From: an uncultured archaeon
GTDB taxonomy: Archaea; Asgardarchaeota; Lokiarchaeia; Sigyniarchaeales; SOKP01
Assembly (NCBI GenBank): GCA_964493715.1
Contig: CAZBPC010000017.1
Span: 1-48,227, forward strand
Reading direction: 5' to 3'
Length of the DNA stretch: 48,227 bases
The notes beneath the pieces are model-generated. The model had not been told where the DNA came from and ran no database searches. It saw nothing but the letters and a program-made list of their open reading frames with translations. Shown piece after piece: positions 37,147-47,753 of the stretch. The translations under genes were made by a program, and so were the position numbers. Within the stretch, counting starts at the first letter, position 1. The number at the start of each line of letters is the position of its first letter.

Positions 37147-37707
37147 TTAGAGATTCTCAGGTTTTTGAGGATCATATATACGATTTAAATTATTTTCAGA
37201 TAGTACAAAATAGAAATCTAGCTTTGGAATGAGTTCTGAATCGAAAGTGAACTTGTGCGTTCCTTCTGTAAATTTTTCTATTCCCTCTGAATCGATTTTG
37301 ATTACGATATCGATTGTATCTCCAAGAGCAATGAGTATATATGCTAGTTTTCCACGCAAAATATCATCAATTGTAAATCTAATACCATTGTGGTAAATTA
37401 GAAAATGATCCTTGATTACTTCAATATTATATTCATCCTTTGCGATGGTAATGGGTTCATCATCGAGATAAATTTTACCATAATCTGAGAGATCAAATTT
37501 CTTGATGTCAAAATTGTTGCTGTTAAGACCTCCGAGTTCTATTTCTCGAGGGACTTCAATTGGCATGATTACATTAAATGCTCGAATTAATATTGAATCA
37601 GCACTCCCATCTCCAGTTGAATCTATCGTATAAACGCTTTTTGATGGAGGAAATATTTTTTTAAACAAGACCTTTAAAGCTGATATATCATAATCAAATG
37701 GAGGCAT
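37147..37707 (-). CDS. Hypothetical protein
   Basis: 186-aa ORF with no recognised motif. Confidence 0.6.
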   Translation of the reverse strand: MPPFDYDISALKVLFKKIFPPSKSVYTIDSTGDGSADSILIRAFNVIMPIEVPREIELGGLNSNNFDIKKFDLSDYGKIYLDDEPITIAKDEYNIEVIKDHFLIYHNGIRFTIDDILRGKLAYILIALGDTIDIVIKIDSEGIEKFTEGTHKFTFDSELIPKLDFYFVLSENNLNRIYDPQKPENL

Positions 37708-37804
37708 AAAATTTCAAATTTTTCGTGATATTAATTGTATTGATTGTACTCTTAATCCTTTATTCTAGTAATGAATTGTACATTAAAAATCTTGGATATT
37801 AAAA

Positions 37805-38854
37805 TTAAGGAATAGTTATAATTTTGACACATTTCCGTTCATTCATTAACTTAAAACCAGTGGAAAGCAAATCGCTTAAAGGAATAGTAGTTGTTATTAA
37901 TTCATCAACGTCAATTACATTATTCGCAATTAACTCAATTGCATCAAGAAAATCCTCAGCATACCCAATGTATGAGCCCAAAATTTTCCTTTGATATCTT
38001 ACAATGTCATTTGGTTTAATTTTTGCCTCAGCTCTGTAGTCTTGACCAAAACATACTACTTTTGCGCCTGGGGCCCATATTGACGTTGCTATCTCAAAAG
38101 TATCAGCAATTCCCACGGCATCAATGATTACATCTGCTCCTTCACAATTGGTAATATTTTGAATTTCTTGTTTTACATCTTGTGTTTTAGGATTAATCCA
38201 ATGATCCGCTCCAAGTTTTAAGGCCTTCTGACCTCGCCATTCATCCATTTCGATGCTAATTAATCTTTTTATCGGATGTTTACGCACTACTGATTCTATT
38301 ATTAAACCCATCGGACCTGCTCCAATGATAACAACGTTATCTGATTCCTTAACATCCGCAATATTATGACAATGAACCGCACATGCTAGGGGTTCAATTA
38401 GACTCGCAGCTATCATATCAATAGAATCGGGAAGCTTGAATAGTGCGCTTCTTGGTAAAACACAATATTTAGCAAAACCTCCATTTTGAAATATACCAAA
38501 TGTAGTTCCTAAAGCCATGTATTCGCATAGATTAGAGAGCCCTCTACGACAATTAATACAATAACCACATTTTTCATTTGGATCGACGACAACATTATCC
38601 CCAATCTTAAGATCAGTAACATTTTTTCCGATTTCTTTAACGACACCTACAAATTCATGACCTAAAACAGTATTATCTGTAGCAGGATGACCTCCCTTTA
38701 AAATTTTTAAATCAGTTCCACAAATACTGGATGCTTTCACTTCTATTAGTACCTGATCATCTTTTTTAATCCTAGGAATATCGACTTGTTCTAATTTAAT
38801 CTCTCCGCCTAAACTTTCATCTTTATGAAACACAGCAGCAAGCATTTTATTCAT
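37805..38854 (-). CDS. Zn-dependent medium-chain (sugar/polyol) dehydrogenase
   Basis: SICGTD, GHEFVG, CGYCINCRRGLSNLC and GAGPMG. Confidence 0.9.
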   Translation of the reverse strand: MNKMLAAVFHKDESLGGEIKLEQVDIPRIKKDDQVLIEVKASSICGTDLKILKGGHPATDNTVLGHEFVGVVKEIGKNVTDLKIGDNVVVDPNEKCGYCINCRRGLSNLCEYMALGTTFGIFQNGGFAKYCVLPRSALFKLPDSIDMIAASLIEPLACAVHCHNIADVKESDNVVIIGAGPMGLIIESVVRKHPIKRLISIEMDEWRGQKALKLGADHWINPKTQDVKQEIQNITNCEGADVIIDAVGIADTFEIATSIWAPGAKVVCFGQDYRAEAKIKPNDIVRYQRKILGSYIGYAEDFLDAIELIANNVIDVDELITTTIPLSDLLSTGFKLMNERKCVKIITIP

Positions 38855-39016
38855 GGGAGTGCTCCTTCTAATTTACCTTTTTTTTATAATTAGATCATAT
38901 TTTTTTTAGTTAATAATTGAAAAATCTTAATTTGTAATAGAAGATTTAAATTAAATCAGATCTATTTTGAATAGATAATTTATTTATTAAAAATTTTCTA
39001 AAAAATGTGAGAAAAT

Positions 39017-40231
39017 ATGACTGAAGAAAAAGTGCAAGTATATGGTTATCGTTGGGTCGTTTTATTATTATTTATGCTAGTAAATATAATGACACAAATA
39101 CTATGGATAACTTTTGCTGCTGTTACAAATGAATCAATAATTTTTTTTGGTGTTGATGACGAGTTATACATCTTTCTGTTATCAGCGATTTTTATGATTA
39201 TTTACATTCCAGATAATTTTTTAGCATCATGGTTAATTGATAAATATGATTTTAAAATTGGATGTGGTACAGGAGCGGTACTGATTGCTGTTTTTGGATT
39301 TTTACGTTTTTTTGCGGGTACTGATTACATGTTGATGTTAATTTTCAGTATAGGCATAGCAATCGGTCAACCATTTATCATGAATAGCATAACTAAATTA
39401 TCAGGGAATTGGTTTCCTGAAACTGAGCGAACAAGCGCAACAGGGTTTGGAACGATTTCGATGTTTATTGGAATTTTACTCGGCATGCTTTTAACACCGT
39501 TTCTTATTGTAGGTAACGATCTTAGCCCGATGTTACTCATATATGGAATTTTAAGTTTAGTAGTTGGAGCTCTATTTATAGCATTTGTAAAAAGCAGACC
39601 ACCTACACCGCCTTCAATAAAACCTTATAATGAAAAAGTTCTAATGTTTGAAGGTGTGAAGAAATTATTCAAGGATAAATCTTTTCTGATTTTGGTTATT
39701 ACATTTTTCTTAGGATTGGGGATTTTTAACATGATTACAACCTATATTCAAGTTATTTTGACTCCAAAAAATCCTGCATTTGATGCTACTTTTGCGGGAA
39801 TCGTCGGTGGAATAATGTTATTGGGTGGAATAATTGGCGCTATAATTATTTCTGCTTTATCTGATAAATTTCAAAAGAAAGTAATTTTAATAATTATTTC
39901 AATTACAATTGCGACTATATCCTTGTATGTCTTTTCATTTGTAACTGATGCGACTCTAATAATGGTTTTCGCTTTCTTATTCGGTTTTGGATTACTTAGT
40001 GCTGCTCCCGTGGCATTAGAATATGCGGTAGATATTACCAAACCGGTTCCAGAAGCGAGTTCAAATGGGATGCTGATGATGGTGGGGCAAATTGGAGGGA
40101 TTGTTTTTATTCTAGGTCTAGCAGGTTTTACACTACCGGGCGGAGATTATTTACCAGCACTACTTTTAGAAGCTATATTAATGACAATTGCTCTAGTTTT
40201 ATCCTTTTTTCTTAAAAAAGTAAAAAAGTAA
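39017..40231 (+). CDS. MFS transporter (FLVCR-like)
   Basis: YGYRWVVL, GQPF and NWFPETER. 12 TM helices. Confidence 0.9.
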   Translation: MTEEKVQVYGYRWVVLLLFMLVNIMTQILWITFAAVTNESIIFFGVDDELYIFLLSAIFMIIYIPDNFLASWLIDKYDFKIGCGTGAVLIAVFGFLRFFAGTDYMLMLIFSIGIAIGQPFIMNSITKLSGNWFPETERTSATGFGTISMFIGILLGMLLTPFLIVGNDLSPMLLIYGILSLVVGALFIAFVKSRPPTPPSIKPYNEKVLMFEGVKKLFKDKSFLILVITFFLGLGIFNMITTYIQVILTPKNPAFDATFAGIVGGIMLLGGIIGAIIISALSDKFQKKVILIIISITIATISLYVFSFVTDATLIMVFAFLFGFGLLSAAPVALEYAVDITKPVPEASSNGMLMMVGQIGGIVFILGLAGFTLPGGDYLPALLLEAILMTIALVLSFFLKKVKK

Positions 40232-40353
40232 CTTAAAACTCTCTTTTTTTTTCATTTTTATTGAAAAATATATCTCAATTTCAAATAACATCTTAATTTA
40301 TATTTTTTTTTGAATATAATAACTCAAGTTCATTTACTAAATAACTTATAAAT

Positions 40354-41529
40354 ATGAAAGCTGTAGAATTAAGTGCAAAATGGGATCCTAAGCCAGATTT
40401 CAAGCTTGGTTCAAAAGATATTGATGGTAAGCTTACTTATCTCGGATCTCAAGTTTGGAGAGATCCAAAAGTACGAATTGTGGATAAGGAAAAACCAAAA
40501 ATTCTTTCTAATGAAGTGCTTATCAGAGTAAAACGCTGTGGAATATGCGGTTCAGATGTACATATGAATCAAACATACGAAGATGGTTATATTTACTATC
40601 CAGGTTTGACAGCATTCCCAGTTACTCTAGGCCATGAATTTTCTGGAGAAATTGTTGAAGCTGGAGCTCAAGCTATTAATAAAAGAACAGGGAAACGCTA
40701 CGAAATTGGAGAACCAGTAACTGTCGAAGAAATGGTTTGGTGTGGTGAATGTAAGCCATGTTGTGATGGTTACCCTAATCATTGCGAGCGTTTACAGGAG
40801 ATAGGATTTTCAATAGACGGAGCATTTGCTGAATATATTACCGTTCCCTCAAAATTATGTTGGAGTTTGAAAAAGCTTCAAAATCGCTATGATGATACCT
40901 ATAAAATTGGGAGTCTTATAGAACCAACATCTGTAGCATACAATGCCGTGATCGAAAGGGGAGGAGGTATAAGACCTGGGGAAAACGTAATTATTTTAGG
41001 AGCAGGTCCAATAGGTTTGGCAGCGGTGAAAATTTTAAAAACCGCTGGTGCTGCTGTTTGTATTGTATCAGAACCCGAGCAACATCGCGCTAATTTAGCT
41101 CAAAAAATGGGGGCTGATTATGTTATAAATCCTATTAAAGAAGATTTTGTAGAAAAGGTCAAAGAATATACTGATCGTGAAGGAGCAGCCATCTATCTTG
41201 AAGCAACGGGATTACCTCAATTAGTAACTCCAAATATTCAAGATGCAATTTGGCAATGTAAAGCAGTTAATAGTACTGTTGTAATAGTGGCGAGAGCGGA
41301 ACAAAACATGCCAGTGTGTGGGGAATATTTTCAAGTCAGAAGAGCTCGTATAATTGGTTCTCAAGGTCATTCAGGTCATGGAACATTTTCAAATGTGATT
41401 AGTTGCATGGCTGCAGGAATGGATGTTTCTCCAATGATAACAAAGGAGATATCGATCGAGCAAGTGCCGGAAAATTTAACTCTTTTACAAACAGACAGAG
41501 AAAACTGCAAAATATCAGTGAAATTTTGA
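40354..41529 (+). CDS. iolM: scyllo-Inosose 3-dehydrogenase (IolM-like Zn-MDR)
   Basis: Distinctive N-terminus AKWDPKPDFKLGSKDIDGKLTYLGSQVWR resembles Thermotoga IolM (TM0412) as I recall it. GICGSD, GHEFSG and GSQGHSGHG motifs. Confidence 0.85.
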   Translation: MKAVELSAKWDPKPDFKLGSKDIDGKLTYLGSQVWRDPKVRIVDKEKPKILSNEVLIRVKRCGICGSDVHMNQTYEDGYIYYPGLTAFPVTLGHEFSGEIVEAGAQAINKRTGKRYEIGEPVTVEEMVWCGECKPCCDGYPNHCERLQEIGFSIDGAFAEYITVPSKLCWSLKKLQNRYDDTYKIGSLIEPTSVAYNAVIERGGGIRPGENVIILGAGPIGLAAVKILKTAGAAVCIVSEPEQHRANLAQKMGADYVINPIKEDFVEKVKEYTDREGAAIYLEATGLPQLVTPNIQDAIWQCKAVNSTVVIVARAEQNMPVCGEYFQVRRARIIGSQGHSGHGTFSNVISCMAAGMDVSPMITKEISIEQVPENLTLLQTDRENCKISVKF

Positions 41530-41617
41530 ATTCCATTTTCCAAGAATATATGTATTGGTCTTAGGTCAGTTTGTTAATCTCAAAAATAAAATCAAACCTT
41601 TAATAAAATAAAATTAA

Positions 41618-42133
41618 TTAAGCATAATGATTCTTTAAAAATCCTATAACACTCATATTGACAACCGATATAACATTTATACCAATTATTAAAATCCAAA
41701 TTATTAGATTTTTTGAAGCAATTGAAAATTCTATTGATATAATCGACTCTACAGTTATAGGAATTGAAAATCCAGCTATTATCCAACAAACAACAGTTAT
41801 AATTTGCGCATACCAAAAATTTCTTTTATATCTAGACATTTTTATTGATTGATCTGCTTTTGTGAGAGGAAATAAAGCAGCTTTTCCAATATCAGAAAAG
41901 GCGTATTTGGATTTTTTTTGAATAAGAAATTAGTTCATGCTTTTAAGATGATAGGAATGTGTTGGACTATCAATTTCTAAATTCCGTTTGATTTGTGAGA
42001 ATGTTAGATCGCGTTCTCCCAATACTTTTATTATGTTTCGACGTGTTTGATGTGTTAACAATTTAAATATTTCATCCTCCTTGGAAGTGGGAATTTCTTC
42101 TGGTTGAGTTTTATTTTTTCTCATTATCCTCAT
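41618..42133 (-). pseudogene. Membrane-anchored ArsR-type regulator, copy with an in-frame TAA at 41930-41932
   Basis: ORFs 41930..42133 and 41618..41839 are in one frame. TAA replaces the Gln (CAA) of the intact paralog (KSMKQF vs KSMN*F). Confidence 0.85.
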
Positions 42134-42249
42134 CTAAATAAATCGAATATTTAATAAATTATATGAGTACAAGTTTTTAAAGAAAGGGTATGTTAAAGAT
42201 ATGAGGGAATTTTTAAAATTAAATCATAAAAGACATTTCTGTTTGATAG

Positions 42250-42750
42250 TTAAGTGTATCGATTTCTTAGGAATCCAAGTGTAATCAAATTGATTGTACA
42301 AATTACGTTTATTGTAACTTGTATTATTATATTAGAAAGATCTTTAGGTGAAATAAACCAAAAAGCAAGAGGGGTTAATATTTCTGCGGTTACCCAACAT
42401 AACAGTGTTATCACGTAAGCATAAACGAAATTTCTCTTATATCGAGACATTTTTATTGATTGGTCCGTTTTTGTAAGTAGAAATAATGCAGCTCGTCCAA
42501 TATCAGAGAAAGAATATTTCGAGTTTTTTTGGATAATAAATTGCTTCATACTTTTGAGATGATAGGAAAGGGTGGGACTATCAATTGGTTCTAATCCTCT
42601 TTTTATTTCAGAGAAAGTCAAATCCTTATCACTGAGTACCTTTATAATATTCCGACGTGTATCATGTGTTAATATTTTAAAAATTTCATCTTCCTTGGAG
42701 GTAGGAATTTCTTCAATTTTGGTTTTATTTTTATTCATCTTGATTATCAA
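42250..42750 (-). CDS. ArsR-type wHTH regulator with two C-terminal TM helices
   Basis: IFKILTHDTRRNII, LTFSEI and SPTLSYHLKSM, followed by two hydrophobic segments. Confidence 0.85.
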   Translation of the reverse strand: MIIKMNKNKTKIEEIPTSKEDEIFKILTHDTRRNIIKVLSDKDLTFSEIKRGLEPIDSPTLSYHLKSMKQFIIQKNSKYSFSDIGRAALFLLTKTDQSIKMSRYKRNFVYAYVITLLCWVTAEILTPLAFWFISPKDLSNIIIQVTINVICTINLITLGFLRNRYT

Positions 42751-43095
42751 TTAGGTTTTATTATATAATATTTATTTTATTTACTATGATTCAAAAAAGT
42801 TAATGATAATTCATCACATAAATTCAAGATATTAACTCAAATAATTCAAAGTAAGCTCTACTTCTTAAAATCCAAATTATCATATTAAATTTTTCTATAA
42901 TCAGAATCTTGCTTGATTTTGTAAATCAAATTTTTTGATAGTCAAGACTTCTATACTATATTTGAAATAGTCAAACTCCCCATACTTAACGGTTCTACAC
43001 TCACTAGGTTAAATATTCTGTAAATCTTAATTTAATTAGTAAAATTATGAACCAAATTAAAAAAAAAATAATGAAATGAAAAGAGGTGGTTATGA

Positions 43096-43914
43096 ATGAT
43101 AAATAATAAAAATACAAAATCATCTAACAGTGAATTAATCCATGTTTCGGATGATTCAATTGCAATTGAAGTCATTTATTTGAAGAAAGTATTTAATGAT
43201 AAGAAAGGAATTGAAGAAGTTAATGCTGTTGATGGAATATCGTTTTCAATAAAGAAAGGTGAGATTTTTGGTCTATTAGGGCCAAATGGAGCAGGAAAAA
43301 CTACTATAATAAATATTTTGTGTGGTTTAATAAAGCAAACCGAAGGAGAAGCTTTTGTTGGAGGTTATTGTGTAAAGGAGGACCTTCAAGATATTAAAGA
43401 AATAATTGGTGTTTGTCCTCAACAAGCTGCAATTTATCCATATCTTAATGCTAAGGAAAATATTGAGTTTTTCGGGAAATTACATCTTATGGATAAAGAA
43501 GAAATAAACAGAAGGTCTGATAGATTCTTGGATTTATTAGGTTTATCTAAAGCAAAGGGTAAAAAAGCTAAGAACTATAGTGGGGGAATGATGAGACAAT
43601 TAAATCTTATTATAGCATTAATAAGTGATCCTCCTATTTTATTTCTAGATGAGCCAACGGTTGGAATGGATCCACGAGCCAGACGTAAAACTTGGGAATT
43701 CATCAATTCTTTAAAGAAAACAAATAAGACGGTTATATTGACAACCCATTACATTGAAGAAGCAGAAGCACTTTGTGATAGAGTTGCTATAATAGAATAT
43801 GGTAAGTTAATTGCGATAGGATCACCGAGAGAACTAATCGCGAAATATAAGGCTGAAGACTTGGAGGATGTATTTATGAAAATTACAGGAAGAAGAATCT
43901 TGGAGGGGATCTAA
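43096..43914 (+). CDS. ABC-2 transporter ATP-binding protein
   Basis: GPNGAGKT, YSGGM, LFLDEPT and TTHY. Confidence 0.95.
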   Translation: MINNKNTKSSNSELIHVSDDSIAIEVIYLKKVFNDKKGIEEVNAVDGISFSIKKGEIFGLLGPNGAGKTTIINILCGLIKQTEGEAFVGGYCVKEDLQDIKEIIGVCPQQAAIYPYLNAKENIEFFGKLHLMDKEEINRRSDRFLDLLGLSKAKGKKAKNYSGGMMRQLNLIIALISDPPILFLDEPTVGMDPRARRKTWEFINSLKKTNKTVILTTHYIEEAEALCDRVAIIEYGKLIAIGSPRELIAKYKAEDLEDVFMKITGRRILEGI

Positions 43915-43916
43915 AA

Positions 43917-44666
43917 ATGAAACTTAAAAGAATTTTGGCTATTGTGAAAATTGAATATAAAAGTCTTATAAGGTCACCAGCACCATTATATATGATACTG
44001 TTATTACCAGTTGCATTAGTATTATTGTTTAGTCTAATGTTTAGATCTATAATTATAGAAGATGTGGGAACGAGTGTATTTGAATTTCTAGTTCCTGGTC
44101 TATATGCTTTTAGTGGTCTTTTCATGGCAGTACCAGTTTCTTTATCATTTTCAGAAGAGCGAGAACAAGGTTTACTAAAAAGAATTAACACGACGCCAAT
44201 GACTGGATCAGAATTTATAGGAAGTCATCTTATATCAAATATGAGCATGGCAATCATTCAAGTAGCAATAATTGCTGTTCTGACTTTTTTAATGGGATTT
44301 CGTGGAGCAACTGAGGGAATAGTCTTTGCATTTGTCCTCATGGTTATTTTCTCCATATCAACTATTGGTTTCGGATTAATAACAGCGACTATCTCAAAAA
44401 GTGCTAAAGCAGCAGGAGGAATTATTCAGATTTTTGTTTTACCGCAACAATTTCTTGCCTCGGGTTTATATCCCTTACCTACTGAAGCAAAAGTGGTTAG
44501 TCAGTTCATGCCATTACATTATGCGTCTGACGCTTTAACTCTTCTCTTTAATGGTGTTGCTTTAAGTGATATAAATATTTGGGTGGATTTGATAATCCTA
44601 TCTCTATTTAGTATTGGAATCATCATAGTAGGAATCTTTTTGTTCAAGAAGTACGGTAAAACTTAA
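43917..44666 (+). CDS. ABC-2 transporter permease
   Basis: EREQGLLKRINTTP and FMPLHYASDAL. 6 TM helices. Confidence 0.92.
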   Translation: MKLKRILAIVKIEYKSLIRSPAPLYMILLLPVALVLLFSLMFRSIIIEDVGTSVFEFLVPGLYAFSGLFMAVPVSLSFSEEREQGLLKRINTTPMTGSEFIGSHLISNMSMAIIQVAIIAVLTFLMGFRGATEGIVFAFVLMVIFSISTIGFGLITATISKSAKAAGGIIQIFVLPQQFLASGLYPLPTEAKVVSQFMPLHYASDALTLLFNGVALSDINIWVDLIILSLFSIGIIIVGIFLFKKYGKT

Positions 44667-45198
44667 TTTTTTTTTTCATTTTATTTTTTTATGAAAGTAT
44701 TAATGTGATTGGATTTGTATCGCTATCTAATCAATAACATCCAGAAATGCCAAGTTTTATGAGATATGTAATATTTGCTTTAATATCAATATTGTGAAGG
44801 ATTAATTTTATCATATTCAAGTGAAATGTCAATTAGAGCATGGAAAATTAGAGAAGAAGAGAAAAAGAAAAAGCTATGAAGCTAAAAAATTAAATAAAAA
44901 TACATTATGTTCCTTCATTGTAGCCGAGTATATAATTATATTGTTCTTTTGTTACAGTATCTATCTCAAAGCCCATTGCTATACTTATTAGATATTATTT
45001 AATGTTTTATATATTAAATTGGAATAGATTTAATTAATCAAAAAAATATTTTAAAGTTTAAACTAAATCCCAATGTAATGAATTCAGAAGATTTCAGTAA
45101 AGAGGGAGAAAATGTTCAAATTTTTAAAAATTTGGGAAAGAATTTTGCTTACTTACATGAAAACTTTAAATTATAAATCTAATTTGAGGCGATATTAA

Positions 45199-46137
45199 AT
45201 GAATAACGATATATGGTTTGGTTATCATGTCCCTTCTGAGGGGCTTAATTTCGAAAAGATGAAAAAAATCTGCTTAATGGCTGAAGATGTCGGTATTGAT
45301 CTTTTTACAACGACCGATCATTTTATGAATATGATGAATCCGATGGGCAAGGAAAATCATCCTCTTGAATGTTGGACCTTGCTAGCTGGTCTTGCGGCTG
45401 TTACTAAAAAAATTCGGTTAGGACCACTAGTATCATGTTATGGGTATAGAGCACCGACTCTTCTTGCAAAAATTGCAACAAGTGTTGATATTATCAGTAA
45501 TGGAAGACTAGTAATGGGACTTGGAGCAGGATGGCACCAAGCTGAATTTAGAGGATTTTATGGAGATTTCCCTCCAGCAAGGGAACGAATACAAGGTTTT
45601 GAAGATACGTTAGCTATTGTCCAATCTATGTTCCGCAATGAGCACACTTCATATAAAGGAAAAATTTTTTCAGTCGAAAATACTTTAAACAGCCCGCTTC
45701 CAATTCAGAAAGAAGTACCGATGATGGCGGGAGTTTTTGGGAATTTAACGATCCAGATTGCTACACGATATGCTGATATTATACATAGTCTTTTTGATCC
45801 TGTGCCAGATGTCTTAGAAAAACGGAAACTCCAAATAGTTGAAAAATGTAAAGAGATAGGGAGAGATCCTAATGAAATACGAATTGCGGCAGGATATACG
45901 CTCTGGTTAAATCCAACAGAAGAAGATATTTCTAGACGCGTTATGAGTTTAAAAATGAGGGGCCAAATATCCGCAAAAGAAGCAAAAGAGATCGTTAAAA
46001 GTACTCCATCAACGCCAGATGCTCACATTGAAGTAATACAAGAGTTAATCAATCGTGGATTGAAAGTCTTTACTTTTATGGGATCTACTGACAACTTAAA
46101 GATATTTGGAGAGAAAGTTATTTCAAAATTAAAATAA
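45199..46137 (+). CDS. LLM-class (probably F420-dependent) oxidoreductase
   Basis: DHF, ECWTLLAGLAAVT, YRAPTLLAK and SNGRLVMGLGAGW. Confidence 0.9.
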   Translation: MNNDIWFGYHVPSEGLNFEKMKKICLMAEDVGIDLFTTTDHFMNMMNPMGKENHPLECWTLLAGLAAVTKKIRLGPLVSCYGYRAPTLLAKIATSVDIISNGRLVMGLGAGWHQAEFRGFYGDFPPARERIQGFEDTLAIVQSMFRNEHTSYKGKIFSVENTLNSPLPIQKEVPMMAGVFGNLTIQIATRYADIIHSLFDPVPDVLEKRKLQIVEKCKEIGRDPNEIRIAAGYTLWLNPTEEDISRRVMSLKMRGQISAKEAKEIVKSTPSTPDAHIEVIQELINRGLKVFTFMGSTDNLKIFGEKVISKLK

Positions 46138-46383
46138 TAAAAATAAAAAACAAAAATTTTTTTTATTTCCTACTTATTGTGGATTCCTTTCTTCTTATAA
46201 TTTTAGCTTCATCTGGTTTTAGTATTTTTGAATCATACGGTTTACAATCTATTGTTAAATAGTTAAATATGACAACAGATTACATTAAGATGTGGTGTAA
46301 TAAATGGAATATCTCAAGACTAGATCCTTCATATTGGCCAAATCGAACAGCATATCAAAAAAATAAATTTAAAAAAGATCGGG

Positions 46384-46421
46384 AATTTAAGTTCCTTCTT
46401 CGTAACCGTGGATGTAATTAT
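46384..46421 (-). repeat. 38-bp copy of the ahcY 3' end (direct repeat with 47751-47788)
   Basis: 34/38 identity to 47751-47788. The minus strand reads NYIHGYEEGT*. Confidence 0.85.
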
Positions 46422-46514
46422 TAAATTATACTCCTTACAATCTCCTTGTTAATGAGTTTGATTAACACATGTTAGAAGTATTGAAACCATCATTACAATC
46501 TATAAATTATAATA

Positions 46515-46568
46515 ATTATTTTTATTATTTTTATTATTTTTATTATTTTTATTATTTTTACTATTTTT
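46515..46568. repeat. Tandem repeat (ATTATTTTT) x6
   Basis: Five perfect 9-bp units plus ACTATTTTT, ending 22 bp upstream of the nitroreductase ATG. Confidence 0.85.
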
Positions 46569-46590
46569 AAACAAGATTATACAAAGAATT

Positions 46591-47742
46591 ATGGTAAAAT
46601 CCTTTTTAAAACGCATTAAAGTCCGTCTGCAATTCACCGGTTGGCTTCAATACATTCCAACAACAATGATTTCACTTTTGCTTTTGCTTATAACCGTTAT
46701 CTCATGGTTATTTGGTGCCCAAGTAATAGCATATGTTATATTTTCTATAGGATTGCTTCTATTTGCGAGAGTTCTATTTGAAATATTAACCATAAAACTC
46801 AAACTACACCCTCGTGAGCATCTTCTTAGTAAACGCAACGATAACTTAGACCTTTTTGATTTAATGCGATTGAGACGCTCTTGTCGGTCATTCCAAAATC
46901 GAAAATTAACACCTGAACATTATAGTGAACTAATACAATACGTAAAATCAACTAGTGAACCTAGCAACTATCTTTTAATAGGGAAACATCCAATTCGTTT
47001 CGAATATGTTGCGGCACCTCTCACAGTTTGGCCAACGGTTGGCGCACAAGAATTTCTTGTGGCAATAGCTCCTAGTGAGTACAGTCGTCTTTCTGTTATC
47101 GATGTGGGTCGATGCTTACAGAAGATTGTAATGTATGCAACACGCATGGGATTGAGCACTTGTTGGATTGGACCTGGTGCAGATCACAAGAGTATCATCT
47201 CTTACCTAGGAGAACGCTATAACCCAACAGAGGATCATATCATCTGTGTTTGTGCTCTGGGTTATAAATCCAAGTATATCCCATTATTTATCCGTTTAAT
47301 CAATTTTATTTTTCATCATCGATTACCACTAAGTTCCCTTTTCTTCGCTGATTCTCAATTTAAGAAACCATTGAATGTTAACGTAGAACCTTTCAAGCAA
47401 TTTGGACGATGTTTCGAAATATGTCAGTGGGCTCCTTCCTCATTCAATTCCCAAACGACACGTTGTGTATGTGTTCTCTATCGAACCGGTGAAATACAAG
47501 ATAACAATAATAATTTCGTTTCTAATATAGAGAGATTTGACTTCTATCAATCGACTGCGTCTCATTTTTACGCACCAGTAGCACTGGGTATTTGGTGCGC
47601 GAATTGGGAAATGGGATGTGAAGCGCTGGGTATTAAAGGGCATTTTTCTGTGTTAACAACAAAAGAAAGAGGAGAGAACGAGGAGATTGATGAGAATACT
47701 CCACCCAAGTTGCCTAGATATGATGTAAGTTGGATTTTTTAA
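46591..47742 (+). CDS. Nitroreductase-family protein (two domains) with N-terminal TM anchor
   Basis: RRSCRSF, GLSTCWIG and WAPSSFNSQ. Two N-terminal hydrophobic helices. Confidence 0.85.
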   Translation: MVKSFLKRIKVRLQFTGWLQYIPTTMISLLLLLITVISWLFGAQVIAYVIFSIGLLLFARVLFEILTIKLKLHPREHLLSKRNDNLDLFDLMRLRRSCRSFQNRKLTPEHYSELIQYVKSTSEPSNYLLIGKHPIRFEYVAAPLTVWPTVGAQEFLVAIAPSEYSRLSVIDVGRCLQKIVMYATRMGLSTCWIGPGADHKSIISYLGERYNPTEDHIICVCALGYKSKYIPLFIRLINFIFHHRLPLSSLFFADSQFKKPLNVNVEPFKQFGRCFEICQWAPSSFNSQTTRCVCVLYRTGEIQDNNNNFVSNIERFDFYQSTASHFYAPVALGIWCANWEMGCEALGIKGHFSVLTTKERGENEEIDENTPPKLPRYDVSWIF

Positions 47743-47753
47743 ATTCTTTAAAT

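Noticed and set aside
41930-41932. Stop-codon recoding or an intron in the split ArsR gene
   Set aside because: The codon is TAA (not TGA or TAG) and replaces CAA with no inserted sequence, so it is a simple nonsense change.
44700-45010. Fragmentary reading frames downstream of the ABC permease (also at 46170-46380)
   Set aside because: They may be decayed genes, but they are too short and interrupted to assign.
46515-46568. CRISPR array
   Set aside because: The 9-bp units have no spacers, and no cas genes are in the window.
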